Assembly: GCA_965287045.1 (NCBI GenBank)
Contig: OZ336885.1
Location: forward strand, 66,030,001 to 66,094,000
Length of the DNA: 64,000 nucleotides
Direction: 5' to 3'
Origin: Carcharhinus amblyrhynchos
Taxonomy: Eukaryota
Part shown: positions 25,291-38,640 of the stretch, piece after piece
Numbering within the stretch: position 1 is the stretch's first letter
Layout: each line of letters begins with the position of its first letter
Made by a program: the position numbers and the translations under genes
Notes under the pieces: generated by a model
The model's database searches: none
Seen by the model: only the letters and a program-made list of their open reading frames with translations
Told to the model about the DNA's origin: nothing

Positions 25291-28200
25291 ATCTCAATAT
25301 TTTATGTGATGATTGTGGAGGACGTGAAAGACGTGTTGTGAATGAAAGAAAACATGGACCTTGAGATGTGTTCTCACTAATCCACACGTTTTTGCTTACA
25401 ATATTAATGCTAAAAATGTATTAGTCTGTTTATAACGTGTAGATTTTGTGTCTCTCCCTCAATATGCAAAATTTGCCATTTGCAACTGTAATGACAAAAA
25501 TGTGAGACTTTGACAGTGTGCACCCCAACAGATGATCGAATGTGAAATCCTGGAGTATATTCTGCATTTGTTGGATGTTGTATTCGCAACCCAGGATCTT
25601 CAAAACTTTGAATTCAATCGCACAGGGAACTGTCCTCAATTATAAATTAAAAGTCTTTACTGCAGTATTGAATGCGTTCTTGTCAAGTTTGTGAATGAGC
25701 AAAAGAGATGGGAATGTAAGTGGTGAGAATAACAGAAACATTCCAAATTTGGAAATAAGCAGATTACTTGAATGCGCAGTAATATGACAGATGGAATAAG
25801 GTGCTCGGAAATGCAAGGTTCTGCATGTTTGTAGGGATACAAAGAAGATCAAGATTAGCTATTTGTACAAAGATTGCCGAAAACTGCAGCACTGAAGGAT
25901 TTGTATCCTTGCGAATTAAACACAAAAGCTCGTATTAAATTTGAGCAGATAATTTTAAAGGCCAATGGAATGCTTGTTTTTATTTCAAAGAGAATGGTGT
26001 AGAAAAATGGCATTTCTAATGTTGCAAAATAAACTGGTTGGAACACCCTTGAAATACTGTGAAAATTTTTATCTCAACTAAGAATACATAATATGCAACG
26101 TCAGTACATGCAGTTCAGCGAACGTCCAGCTAAATGAATTCGCTTATACAAGGATTTTCTTATGAGGCCCAATTGAATAGGTTTTCGTTGAAGGAATTGG
26201 AGGTCATACGCTTGTGAGGCAATCGTCTTGAGCCAACAAGCATTAGCAGGACGCATTACAGCATAAATGATGGAAGGGCAGCTCGCCACTTGAACAAGTG
26301 AAAGACGAGAATGTATACCTTCAGTGCAAGAACTTTTCATTTTAGACAGAGATGAGGAAAATGTTCTTCTTCTACAGAGTTAAACTGGTGAATTCGTCAC
26401 CACCGAGCATTGCAGAGGTGAGGGCGTTAAATAGTCTCGATATTTCGAGAACAGTTTTAATGATTAAAAATAGAGAGAGAGAGACTGCGATGAAGTGGAA
26501 AAGTTGAGTTAAGCATTATGTTATCAGATCACAGTTCAGTACACAGATCAGGTCATTATGTTAAATGTCACGATGACATTTAATTGCGGAGAAGATTCAA
26601 AGGGCCACATCTTCAAATTCCACTGTCTTGCCTCTTGGCTACAGTAAAAAAATACCTCGGTTCGTCCATATTTTATGCTATATACACCATACGGGGGAGG
26701 CTCATGTAGACATCTACATCATCTCATTAAAACTGCATGGACAGACATAAAATTTGTAGCAAGCTTTGGAGCATGCCAGCCATGGACTCCTCAATAATTA
26801 ATGAACATCCAGACTTCTGACCTGATAATCCATAACCGTTTTTCAGGAAGTATCTGATCATGTTAATGTCTAAGACATCTCCGTGGGGATTTCTTGTGTT
26901 GACTTCTTGGAACATATTATTCTTCTCCCACAACTTCAAGCATCCTCACTTGTGCTAGATCCGGCTCTGGTCACATATTAACCGACCGAGTTCGATTGGG
27001 GCCGTTCTTGCTTGCGTCCAAAATGCTATACAACATAAAATATTGTATTGACAATAAAATAAGAAACCCTCAGCTTCATGTAAGGAGCTCATCCCGCTTG
27101 TGTGTGCGTGCAGGAGGGCTGTGATTAGATCAGTGTCTGGCGAAACAGACAGAATTCAGCCGAATGAGTGAATGATTGTGTTAATATGAAGCAAAATAAT
27201 ACATCACGGAGCTGTCACACGCTATTTAACGCCTTGGATTGGAGTGAACAGATTTCAAAGAAAAGACGAGTGGGAAAATGGAAAAGTAATGTGGCCCGTC
27301 CAGTTGGACCTATTGGGTTTTAATATAATGTTGTGAGACTTCTTACACTGCTAGTCCTCCGGGCAGCGAGATCTACTGCCAACGTTGATGATCTGATAAA
27401 ATCATAGTGGATCTGATAAAGAACTTCAAATTTCAAAATGTCGATGTTGTTTCCCAGAAATTCGAAAGTTGAGAGAAGCTTCAGGAAACAAACGTAAGGA
27501 ACATGCGAGTGGTATTTTATCGAGCGTACATTTCACAAGTTGATGCGTATGGGTTTGAGTGAAGCGGCGACATGGGTTTATTTTTCACCAAAATGTAGGT
27601 CTTTTGCGATTATGATTTGTTGGTTTAAGAACCGGAAGCGCATTACAGTCGTGCCGAATTTGGCAGCTCTTTGCTTGGACTTTGTGAAAATATGGAATGC
27701 CCCTTTCCCATTTCAAAGCTACTGGGGGTTATATTGCAAGAGTGCCACTATATTTAAACAGTGCATCCATTGAAATGCATCCCTGCATTGTGGCAACAAT
27801 TGTACTTGAGTCATCTTTGGCAACCACGGCCCCTTTCCATGTGGAGAATAAAATATGACATTACTGTTACAACATGCTCCTTCACTAATATTGTAAGATA
27901 TTTAATTCACGGAACAACTAATTAAAATGTCTGATTGTCATTCATGATGCATTAGCTCGGAAGTATCCGTTCGCCTAACGGCGAACATTATTTTGTGATT
28001 AGTTTGTGGCAGATCCTCGAACAGCTATAATAAGTCGACTTGATCATGAAGAAAAAAGAAGCCTCTAATATTAGCTACAAAGAACAATTCACAACTGCAA
28101 AATTCCGCAAAGATTGTCTGAGTTAAAGCATACTTGGGACATAAAAATGACAACTAAATCTTGGCTGGAAATTCTGTTTGCTTTGCTATTGATATACAGG

Positions 28201-29226
28201 CTACGGATTCAGTGGCTCTACAAATAGTTGTCGTCAATCTTTCGTCCATTTCCTAACAAATCAGATATTCTCGAAAGTTGCTGGAGGCGCCTCATAGTCA
28301 AGCTTTAAAAATGGCACGTTAAAACATTCTCACTCTCCTCCCCCGATAGTCTCGTCGTCAAGGCAATAGCTCCCTGATCCCATTATGTGGCAAATACTAT
28401 ATTGAAATTGTGTGCAAAATTTCACATTCCAAATGGCAGTATGGTTCCTCACTGAATACATATCAATAAAACATTTCACCCAACTTTAATTGTTACATAT
28501 TCACTCTGATTAATTTCCAAATTTGTTCGTAAAAGATAATATGTTCAAGAAATTCGAAAATGTATTTTTCTTCCCTCAAATATTACATCATTCTGCCTTA
28601 ACAAGACTACCTAATTAATTGAAAAAAAATAGTATATGTTGATGGCGACTATAATGAAGAAGAACGAAGTTCTTGCAATACTGGAAAAGCACGGTCGCGG
28701 TTGGTGAAGTGGGATTTGGGTTGAAGGCCACATTATGTCAGGAACGTTCGTTATATAGAAGGGGTAACTGGTTTGAATCGTTTCTGCAGAAATATACTGC
28801 TACATTTCAATCAAAACAATTCAAAGTTTGCAATTCAATTTTGTTGAGGGACTGAGCAAATTCAGAATGAAAATTACTCCGACAATAGATTAGATTATAA
28901 CTTGAAAAAACAAGTCAATATGCATATTTATGAGAAGAAGGGTGAACATTGTTTGTCGTTGAAATACTTGTTCAATCATGGCGCGAGAAATGGCTTCCTT
29001 CTGCGTTCTGCCGATTCTGCATTATTTTTTGCATTTTATGTGATAACGGTTTCCAAATGTTGAACATCTCCACGAATGTATGGTGCACTTATACGTTTGA
29101 ACAACCTATTCGGTGTCCAACCAGGATTGGTAGACTTTTCCAAGATCGCCTTCTGGCATATTTAGTATGTGATTTTTGCATTTTTGCCCAGAAGTTCAAT
29201 ATGTCACTTTGCGTTTGTCTACGCAG

Positions 29227-29262
29227 GACTAAAGGAAATGAAGAACACTCTCAAAGAAAAGG
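29227..29262 (+). CDS. Candidate 36-nt phase-1 micro-exon, tandem unit 1 (GLKEMKNTLKEK)
   Basis: gtctacgcag|GACTAAAGGAAATGAAGAACACTCTCAAAGAAAAGG|gtatgc. Confidence 0.7.
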
Positions 29263-30306
29263 GTATGCCAAGCTAAGGCGCGGTTCAAGTTATGGCGCAA
29301 AATGATATGCTCAAGGAAGTTGACAATTAAGGATCCACGACTTCACGCCGTTTATAATTGAGTTCATCGGTCTAACTATCCGACTGAACTAAGTAAACGG
29401 ATGATCAAACAAAACAATCTACTTATTTTCCTGACTGTTGAGATAAAACTATCTTTCTCTTTTAGGAACAGAAAGAAGAACAGCGATCTGAGTTTCATAT
29501 CGCTATTAGAACATATGGGCGTGCAACGCCTCAACTCTTCATTCCTTCACCTCTTAGCGTCATACTTGCGGAAAGATGCAACAGCAAGAGGCAAATTGTA
29601 CACTCAATGAAGAAAAATTATGCCAATGATCAAGAATGTTATTTATTGAGTAAGACTAGATTTTTTTTTGGGGGGGGGGGGGGGGGGGCGCGGTGGGGGG
29701 GGGGGGGGGGGGGACGGTGGCGGAGTGCTCTGTACATTTCTTTTCTCAGAGACTGGTAGGGGGATTGACCTTTTCAAACTCGGGGGATGTGAGGATACAA
29801 TACATGGAGGAAGCACAGAGCCACTGCTGATGGAAAATGGCAACAAATGACAAATATTATCTGTAAGAGACTGAACAAGTCATAAACATTTGAGGCTTGA
29901 GAAGCAACCGTTTTGTTTTAGGAACTTCAAAATGTTTTGCTCGGAAATAAGGCTTCATAAAGCTGTTCAAGAGTAAATTGAATTACTGTTTGAAAAACTT
30001 TAAGAGACAGACTTAATGACAAAAGGCGATGTTTTGCTATCATTGAAATCTTTTTCAGACTTAGCGGGGAAAAACAATGCCTCCATCTGTGTTGAGCATT
30101 TTGCGTTTTATTTCTGTGATAATATTTTCCAATTGTTAAGCATCGCTGTGACGTCATGATTCAGTCATACGTTTCAACAAACGATCCAGTGTCCAACTTG
30201 GATTGGAAGTCAGTGCAATGTCGCCTTCTGACACATGCGCATTATGAATGTGACTTGTGTGTTTTGCACAAAATTTCAACCTGTCGCTTTGCGTTTCTCT
30301 GCACAG

Positions 30307-30342
30307 AAATAAAAGAAGTGAACGACGCGCTCAGAGAAAGCA
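30307..30342 (+). CDS. Candidate 36-nt phase-1 micro-exon, tandem unit 2 (EIKEVNDALRES), weak donor
   Basis: ctctgcacag|AAATAAAAGAAGTGAACGACGCGCTCAGAGAAAGCA|gtcggc. Aligns with the unit 1, 3 and 4 exons, but the donor is degenerate. Confidence 0.45.
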
Positions 30343-31319
30343 GTCGGCCAAGCCAAGAAGCGCTTCAAGCAATGGCTCAAAATGACATTTTCTATTATAC
30401 CTATATAGGTTCACAATTAGGAAAATGATACGATATGTGAATTTAACCATTTGAAAAAAAACTCATCAGCGTGCACTATCATACTGAAGCAAATTCTTAA
30501 ACCAATCAAAACCATTTTTCCACGGGCAGATGACAAAAGCCTTAATTTGTCTTTTCGAAACAGAAATGAAAGCAGGGAACTGAGTTTCAAGTAGCTGATA
30601 CAAAATGTAATGTCACCGCTTCAATTGCGCAATTAATTCAGTTCTCAGCGTCATGCATTCGGAAAGACATGCAGGCAAGAGGCAGAGTGTACATTGGATT
30701 GAAGAGGATTATGCCAAAAATCAAGAAAGATAATTTCGAGTTAGATTAGATTTGTGGGGCACTATGAAGCTTTTTTTTTCTTGTTGAAGACTAGGGGCAT
30801 TGAGTTATTCAAACTCATAGCAAGGGAGGAGAGAATAAAAAGAAGAAACATACGGCCACTGCTGATACAAAACGAGAACGAAAATGTCAGATATTGATTG
30901 TGATATACAGAACAACAAATGTGAAATTGACGTTTGAGAAGCAATCACTTTTGATTTAGAACTTCAACGTTATCTGTCGCGGAGTCAGGCACGTTAAAAC
31001 TATCCCAGACGAAGTTGAATTCATATTTGAAAACACAAAGCTGCAGATGACAAAGTACTTTCTATTGTTCAAATGCTTTTCCCAAACTTCGTGCGATGAA
31101 TGGCCCGCTTCTTTGCTCCGCTTATTCCGTTGTACTTGATTTTCTGTGATAACGTTTTTGAAACTTTAAACATCTCCACGAATATTGGTTTCAGTAAACT
31201 TTTGAATAATACCAAACAAAATTGGAAGGCGGGCCCATGTCGCCTTCCGGCGCATTTAGAATGTGAACTGTGTGTTTTACACAAATTTACACAATGTAAC
31301 ATTACTTTTCTCGAAGCAG

Positions 31320-31355
31320 GACCAAGCGAACAGGAGAACGCTCTCAAAGAAAGTG
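31320..31355 (+). CDS. Candidate 36-nt phase-1 micro-exon, tandem unit 3 (G/R-PSEQENALKES)
   Basis: ctcgaagcag|GACCAAGCGAACAGGAGAACGCTCTCAAAGAAAGTG|gtatgt. Confidence 0.62.
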
Positions 31356-31589
31356 GTATGTCAAGCCAACCAGCGCTTCAAACAACGGCTCGAAATGATA
31401 TTTTGTTTTGTGCGCGCAAAAGTTTACAATTAAGAATCCAGTGTGATACGTGAATTCAAACATTTTATAATTTAAATCGTCAGCGTGTCTATTATACTGA
31501 ACTAAATAAAATGAATTATTAAATCAAACTAAACTGTTTTTTTCTCTAGCGATGGGACTCGCCTACCACCTTCGAAAACCAAAAAAAAA

Positions 31590-31830
31590 ACATGTTGGGA
31601 ATTCTTAAGAGGCATGGCAGCAAAGGAAGGAACTGAAGTTTCCTTTCCAAATGACGCTTTGCCAATACTCTTTGAGAAAGGATCACCTGAAGTCGAAATG
31701 TCAACTCCTTTCTCCCGTTTTAGATGTTGTTGAACCTGCTGAGATCTTCCAGCATTTTCTCCATTGTTTTCAGATTCCAACATCCGCAGTAATTTGCTTT
31801 TATTTAAACTTCCTCCTTTCTGAACACACA
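31590..31830 (+). mobile_element. Short interspersed repeat inserted in tandem unit 3
   Basis: Extra ~240 bp absent from the other units. Contains gaacctgctgagatcttccagcattttc and a degenerate hammerhead-like gagaaaggatcacctgaagtcgaaatgtc. Confidence 0.5.
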
Positions 31831-32629
31831 CACACACAAACAGCAAACTGAGCTTCAATTAGCTGATGCAAAATTTCACGTGCACCTGTTCAACTGTACG
31901 AATACTTCAGCTGTGAGCGCCATGCTTTCGAAAAATGTGAAGACAAGAGGCAGAGCGTTATATGGATTAAGCAATAATAATGCCTAGGATCAGAAGCAAC
32001 AGTTTCGAGTCAAATTGTGTTTGCTGGTGCTCTATACATTTTTTTACTTGGTGACTAATCGGCGGGTTGAGTTATTAAAAATTATATGACGTGAGGGTAT
32101 TCTCAATGGGGGAAATACGCAGCCACTCTTGATGGAAAACGAGAAAGAAATCATCAGATATTGAGTGTAATCGATAAGAAAATAAACACATAAGCAATTG
32201 AGGTTTGAGGATCAAACTGTTTTTTTTTATCTAGGAATATTAATGTTTTCTGCCGGGGAATAAGACGAACACTAATCATGTGTAAATTGGATTAATATTT
32301 GAAACAAAAAAAAAACAGGAATATGCACATTATGGGGAGACGCCAGTATTATCTATTGTTTACATCCTTATTCGAACATGACACGAGATATTGTCTCCTT
32401 CTGGGGTGCTGCAATGACTGTTTTATTCTTGATTATGTGTGTTAACAGTTACCAAATGTTAAACATCTGCATGAATATAGGTTTCAGTTATATGTTTGTA
32501 CAAACTACCCTATGTCCCACCAAGATTGGAAGAGAGGTTTATGTTGCCTCCTGTTTCATAGGTATTTAGAGTGTGATTTGTGAATTTAGAGCGAAAGATT
32601 GACATGCCACTTTGTTTTTCTCTATGTAG

Positions 32630-32665
32630 AACTAAAGGAAATGAAGATGCTTCTGAAAGAAAATG
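32630..32665 (+). CDS. Candidate 36-nt phase-1 micro-exon, tandem unit 4 (ELKEMKMLLKEN)
   Basis: ctctatgtag|AACTAAAGGAAATGAAGATGCTTCTGAAAGAAAATG|gtatgc. Confidence 0.7.
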
Positions 32666-34219
32666 GTATGCCAAGCTAAGACACTGTTCAAACTAATGGG
32701 CGAGGTTATATTTTATTCTCACAGAAGTTTTCAATTAAGGATCCAAAATTATATGTGATTTGACACAGTTTGTAATTTGATTCATCAGCATGCCTGATCA
32801 TACTGAACTAAATGAAGAAATGAATAAACAAAGCAATGCCGTCCCCCACCCCCCCCCCCCCCCCCGCCACCCCCCACCACCCCCGATGGCACATGGGAGA
32901 AGATCTCCTTCCTCTTTTCAGAACAGAAAGAAAAACAGCAAACAGAGTTTCAATTAGCTAATGCAAAATTGTAACTTGCAATTACAGCCTCGTCTGTACG
33001 ATTACTTCAGTTCCGTGCGTCAGACTTTATGAAAGATGTAATGGGCAGAGGTAAGGTGCACACTGGATTAAGGAAAGCTATGCCGAGTATCAGGGACGAC
33101 AGTTATAGGCTTTAGATTGGATTTGTCTGATTATATATGTTTTTTTAGTCAAATGTCGGGATTGAGATATGCAAATACATTGGAAGCGAGGAGAGAATAA
33201 ATGTTGGAAACACAGAGCCACAGTTGATAGAAAATCAGAACAAAGCAACAAAGATTAATCTCAATAGTCAGTAAAATGCATAAGTATTTGACGTTTGAGG
33301 AGAAATCATTTTTGTTAGGAACTTCAAAATTATCTGCCGGGGAATACGGCTCATTAAAGCGATCTAAGAGTTTTTATTTTGGGGGGGTGGAGGAGCGGGG
33401 GGAAAGCAATCAATAGTATGCAGACTTACGAGCGGAAAACAGGGTATTGTTCATTTTTGAAATGTTTTTTTCCAATATGGCGTGGTAGTTGGCTACCTCT
33501 GTGCTCCGACCATACTCTTGTCTATAAGAGAATCCATAGAATCCATACAGTACAGAAGGAGAGAATTCGGCCCATCGAGTCCACCAACACAAGGCCACTC
33601 GAGCCCCTATTATTGATTTTATATGACATTTATATCCAAATGAAAACGATTACCATGAATACAAGGTTCAGGAAAGGTTTGAAAAACCTATTCAGTGCCC
33701 CACCAGGATTGTAGCGCAGGTCCAAAGGCGTCTTTTGGCACATGTGGATGTAAGCTGAGGCTGAATTCACTCTATGGCTGAGCTGCCATATTCAATTCGC
33801 CGCAGTCAAACTCGGTTTCCGACTACGCACTTCCTGTCCATTCTGGTCTTCACCAGTCATCTCCGTTCTTCGCCACCGGTTATCTTGCGACTTCGCTGAC
33901 CAGATCTGACTTTTTGCAACTTAAGATCCGTACCCAATTCGACACCCGTTGATCGAAAAGCTGGGCCCGTGAATTTAAAACCGAGAGCAGTCAGAATGCA
34001 CAGGAGGGAGGGAGCTGCCAATTGAGAGGTAGCGTCTGTAGTAGTAGTAGTGCAAACAGGATGGAGTGGAAACTGTGAAAAGTGCATAAAAGAGCACACA
34101 AAAGGCATAAAAGAGAATGACTGGTGGATAACTTTCCAGATTGGATAAGAGGTGATGGGGAGAGTTGAAGAGCAGGGAATTGCGAAGTGAGCCGGAAGCG
34201 GAGAGAGAATTATCTGCTG

Positions 34220-35620
34220 TGTCACGATCTGTCCTTTATTATTATTATTGATTCGTGGGGAATGGGCGACGTTAGTTTGCCAGCCTTAATTGCAGTCCAG
34301 AAGGTGCTGGTAACCTGCCTTCTTGAGTCGCTGCAATCCAGGTTCTGTGGGCTGACTCGCAAGGTCTTTATGGAGGGAATTTCATGTGTTTGACCCAGCG
34401 GTTGCAATAGAATGGTGATCTGTTTCCAATTCAGGATGTTGAGTGGCTTGCAGGAAACTTGCAGATTGTGGTGTTCCCATTCATCTGCCCCTCCCCCCGC
34501 CCCCACCCCCATCACCCAATGCCCTTCTATATCGAAGTGCTTAGGATTTTGATGATTGTTTTAGGATCTTTGGCGAAATGCTGAGTTTCATTTTGTAGCT
34601 CGTACAAACTGGAACTACTGATCGTCGGAGGTGGAGAGATTAAATATTTATAGATGTGATACCAACCGAGCGGACTGCTTTGTCCTGGCTGAGTGTTGTT
34701 GGATCTGTACTTATGCAGCCAATTGGGGAGTATGACGTCGCATTCCTGAATTGTGCCTTGCAGATGATCGGTGGTCTTTGGGAAGTCAGAAGTTGAGTTA
34801 GTCGGCACAGTACTCCTGACAGCTGATCTGCTCTTGTAACCACTGGATTTATGTGGTGTGTCCAGTTGAGTTCCCGGTCGATGATAACCCCAAGGATGTT
34901 GACAGTGAGGAATTCAATGATGGTTACACCATAGAAAAAGCAAGGGGCTGCGTTTTGAATAACTCTGATTGTCACTGTCTGATATTTGCGTAGCGTCAAT
35001 GTTTCTTGTTCCTTATTAGCCCAAGTTTGGATTTCATCCAGATCTTGTTGCATATGAACATGCTTCAGTATCTTTCGAGTCGCGAATCGTGCTGAGCATG
35101 ATACAATCATCGGCAAACACCCCCACTTCAGACTTTATAACAGAGTTAATGTCATTGATGAAGCAACAGAAGATTGTTGGCCCAAGGACAACACTGTGAG
35201 GAACTCCTGCAGGAACGCCCTGGAGCCGATATGACTGACGCTCCGCCACTACAACCATCGACATTTGCACCAAATATGATTCCAACCAGCAGAGTGTTTG
35301 CCCCCGACACCCTTTGACCACAGATTTGCTAGGGCTTACAGACACCACATCCGGTCGAATGAGGTCTTGATGTCGTCGGTTGCCACTGTCACATTGCCTC
35401 TGGTATTCAACTCTTTTGATCATGTTTGAAGAAAGGCCGCAATGAGATCAGGGGCTAACTGAACATGGCGAAACCCAAACAGGGCGTCACTGAGCAGATT
35501 ATTGCTGAGCAGGTGCTGCTTGATAGTACTATTGATTACGCCACCATCACGTTGCTAACGATCACGGGTAGATGGATTGGACAATAATTCGCAGGGTTGG
35601 ATTCACCTTTTTTTTGTTTC
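34220..35620 (-). mobile_element. Decayed CR1/L2-like LINE (RT domain + 3' region)
   Basis: ORF remnants GVPHSVVLGPTIFCCFINDI...FADDC and QQDLDEIQTWA...LGVIIDRELNWTHHI, with frameshifts. Confidence 0.8.
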
Positions 35621-38379
35621 TTTGTGCAAATGACTTATGTGTGCAATTTTCCATAAGTTTCTGTAGACAATTAAATTATTTGAAAAGCTTGTTGTGGTAT
35701 AGAGTATTGCAGTGGGCAAACTCATAAACCTGCACAAACATTATGAATAGCGTTGCCAACCTCTGTAGCATAAGCTTATAATTATTTAATGAACGGAATT
35801 AATGATTCTGTGGAACGGATTTCATTATTGAAAATAAATCTACTTTTGCACGCATCAATCAAGATATGCATTAGAAATGGTAAAAGATCAGTCATTGAAG
35901 AGACGTGAATTTCAGACAATTGCCTTTAGGTTGTATTTTTTTTGGCACGCCTTCCAATTGTGACTATTTATCATCCAAGAGTATTGTTGCATGATTTGCG
36001 TAGTGGAAAATAGATGGAAAAACAAATTAATTGTAAATCCTCACACTTGTTCATCTGTCATTTACTGAGGACGTCATTTATTTGCCCCGAAGTGGTATTA
36101 TGATCAAGTAATGAACAGTCGGTCTTAGATAAAACGATTATCCATTCTAGGGAGAGATACCAATGTACTTATATACCGTATACTTATACTTGTAACAGGA
36201 CACATCGTTTTTTGTCTGTGAAGTCCCCCATTTTATTTGTCATGGCATTTTATATTGTTTTCATGATCCGTAACTTTTTGTTTGCGCGCACGTTTTGTGT
36301 CACATGCAACTATCAGGCAGCCAACCCGAATATGTGAATTGTGTTGATTTATTTACAGAGGATCGGTTGTCCCAATGTTTGAAACGTTCGTTTCTCAGTA
36401 ATATATGCTCAGTTTTCTACTGAACACAACTTTCTTTGATTCATTACAAGGTACCGTTCTGGCAGTTGAACATCACTGCAATTTGTTTCATTTGATAAGC
36501 AAAAACAATTAATAGATGAGACTGTGAACAAATTGTAGAATTATAGAATTGAAACAGGTTTTGTGGAATGATTTGAAAAGATTTGTGAGGATATTCCGTC
36601 TGATACGTTATACTTCATCAGTTTGACGGCTTAAGGCTTTCTACACTACTGAGCCATGGCTGGGAAAACACGGAAGCTGGAGTCGAATGCAGTCGAGACC
36701 GATCAGTGCACGAACAGAATGATTTAGGCACGAACAGGGAACATCCTGCTGAACTGAAGGAGTGCAAATGCGAATGCTGACATGTTGACAAAGTGAAAAA
36801 AAGTATGGACTTATAAGACCATGGCATCGTATCTTTTGCCGTCATGGTCAACCATATATTGGAATCGTTATTTGTGCAAGTATAAGAAGAGAAAGGATGT
36901 GATTTCTAGTGAAGAATTCAGGTGATTGGACAGATCTGAGCTTTGTTGCCGATATTAACCAGCAGAACGTGGGCCTCAATGGTACACTTTGCTGGTGGTG
37001 ACATATGAGCGTACTTTCCCTCTTCATTCCGACAGTCCTCTTTCTTTTTTTCCTTAAATCTTCAGAACTCGAAGTGCAAATCTGATCGTAGATATTTGTA
37101 ATTCTGGCCACACTCAAGTTCCATGTGAAGCTCTTCGCATAATCCTTCAACTAACGCAATCGGCATGTCCTCGTTTTTTCTCACCAACATGTGTCCAAGA
37201 CACCTGAGATATTCTGCATTGTATCAAACAATCCCTGCGTCTTAAATACAGAAGTCTTGGCATGTTTTTTATTCATCTTTTCTAAATGAGACCGCAGAGA
37301 TCAATTCGACATAGCTACTGGCATTTTTCGGTCATTCACCATTCATATGTTTAGTATACACGGCTGCTTAAATTCAGAGGCATATTTAAAAATGTCATAA
37401 AAAAGAACGGTGCGTTCTACAAAAATGTGTGAGAAACACATATATCTCCATCTTGATTAAGGATTCTTAATTAAATGGCTCTGGAAATAACCCACAGGCT
37501 TTTGTCCCTTGGTATTTTAACTCGTGCCCGCATATTTAACCGTTTGCGTGTCTGTGTCCACAAATCACGATAACTTATACTTCTACATTACGAACATTCT
37601 CATGCCAGCGTGGTTTCGTTTAACACAGTAAAAGATATGTCTTCCTTCACAAGGATCCATGCTGCAAAATACGAGGCCAATGCCGCTCACATTCTGTAGA
37701 TATTCACTTAAATTAATTCAGAATATTCCGTCTTAATTATAACACCCACGTTGATACAATCTCTTACTGCCGTTTTGTTTTTCTTCTTATTGTTCTCTCA
37801 ACTCTCGAAGTTACACACTTTTAATCAGTACTGATTATGGGAAAGGACTAGACCTGTGGAAGCAAACTTGCCAACAATATAAAATGTCAATAAGCAATGA
37901 TGGTCCTTATTGTGTTTTCTATTCTGCCTCTAGCTTCCTGGGCAGCCCATGTATACTCTGCTGATTGCGCTTTCCGTCCAAACTCCTACAACGCTCCTGC
38001 ATGCATCACAGCGAATTGCCAGTTCTATGCATATACCATTTTTGTGTGATATTACAAAGGGTAAAATGGTGCCACATATTTTTGTGCCGCTGGCCTCCTA
38101 ATTTCACCTTACACCAGATTCGCCGAACTTCTTGCATTGTATATGTCACTTGAATATTCAGCGAGAGGAAAGACTCAAAGGTGACTGCAGTCAAACTTCC
38201 ACTTAATTCTGCAATTGTCTAATGTCAGTTACACAGAGATCAGTTTCTACGAAGAGAATGAATATTACACATTTTACTGCCTCATAATAAATTACAACAA
38301 TTTTAAACAACCGTTTGAGCATATGGTATTTGGGTTCACAGATAAATTAAGCCAGGCATTCTATGCATTTTAGTAAAGA

Positions 38380-38640
38380 ACAACTAACAATGAATTGTAC
38401 AGCACAGGAACAGGTCCTTCATCCCTCCAAATCTGTACCGATCTTGATGCCCGAACTAAACAAAATAACAAAAAAGAATCTGACCCTCCTTGGCCTGCAT
38501 CCCTCTACTCCCTTCCCACTCAGCTCCCTCTTAAATGTTGCTAATGTGCCTGATTTCAAAAACTCTTCTGGCAGCGCGTTCCAGTTAGACATACTTTCTA
38601 CGTGTTAAACTTCCCCGGACATCTCCCTCAAATTTTCCTC
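38380..38640 (-). mobile_element. CR1-clade LINE 3' fragment
   Basis: acagcacaggaacaggtccttc...ctctggcagcgcgttccag resembles other CR1 3' ends in the window. Confidence 0.55.

Larger units (their letters stand above)
28870..33750 (+). repeat. Diverged tandem array of ~1.0-1.3 kb exon+intron units (4 complete + 1 truncated)
   Basis: An anchor like ccaaccaggattgg recurs at ~29117, 30193, 31211, 32516 and 33697. Other shared blocks are gccactgctgat, gcaagaggca and aggaacttcaa. Exon spacings are 1080, 1013 and 1310 bp. Confidence 0.9.

Noticed and set aside
32922-33050. 129-nt exon candidate in unit 4
   Set aside because: It has an in-frame TAA in the phase-1 frame, and the splice sites are not conserved in the other units.
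28870-33750. CRISPR-like or satellite interpretation of the repeat array
   Set aside because: The units are ~1 kb and diverged, with no short repeat/unique spacer pattern, and the context is eukaryotic.
33755-34220. Possible DNA-transposon fragment truncating tandem unit 5
   Set aside because: The composition shifts, but no terminal inverted repeat pair or coding motif could be confirmed.
37066-37091. Strong acceptor followed by ELEVQI*
   Set aside because: It has a stop codon and no matching GT donor, so it is too degraded to support.
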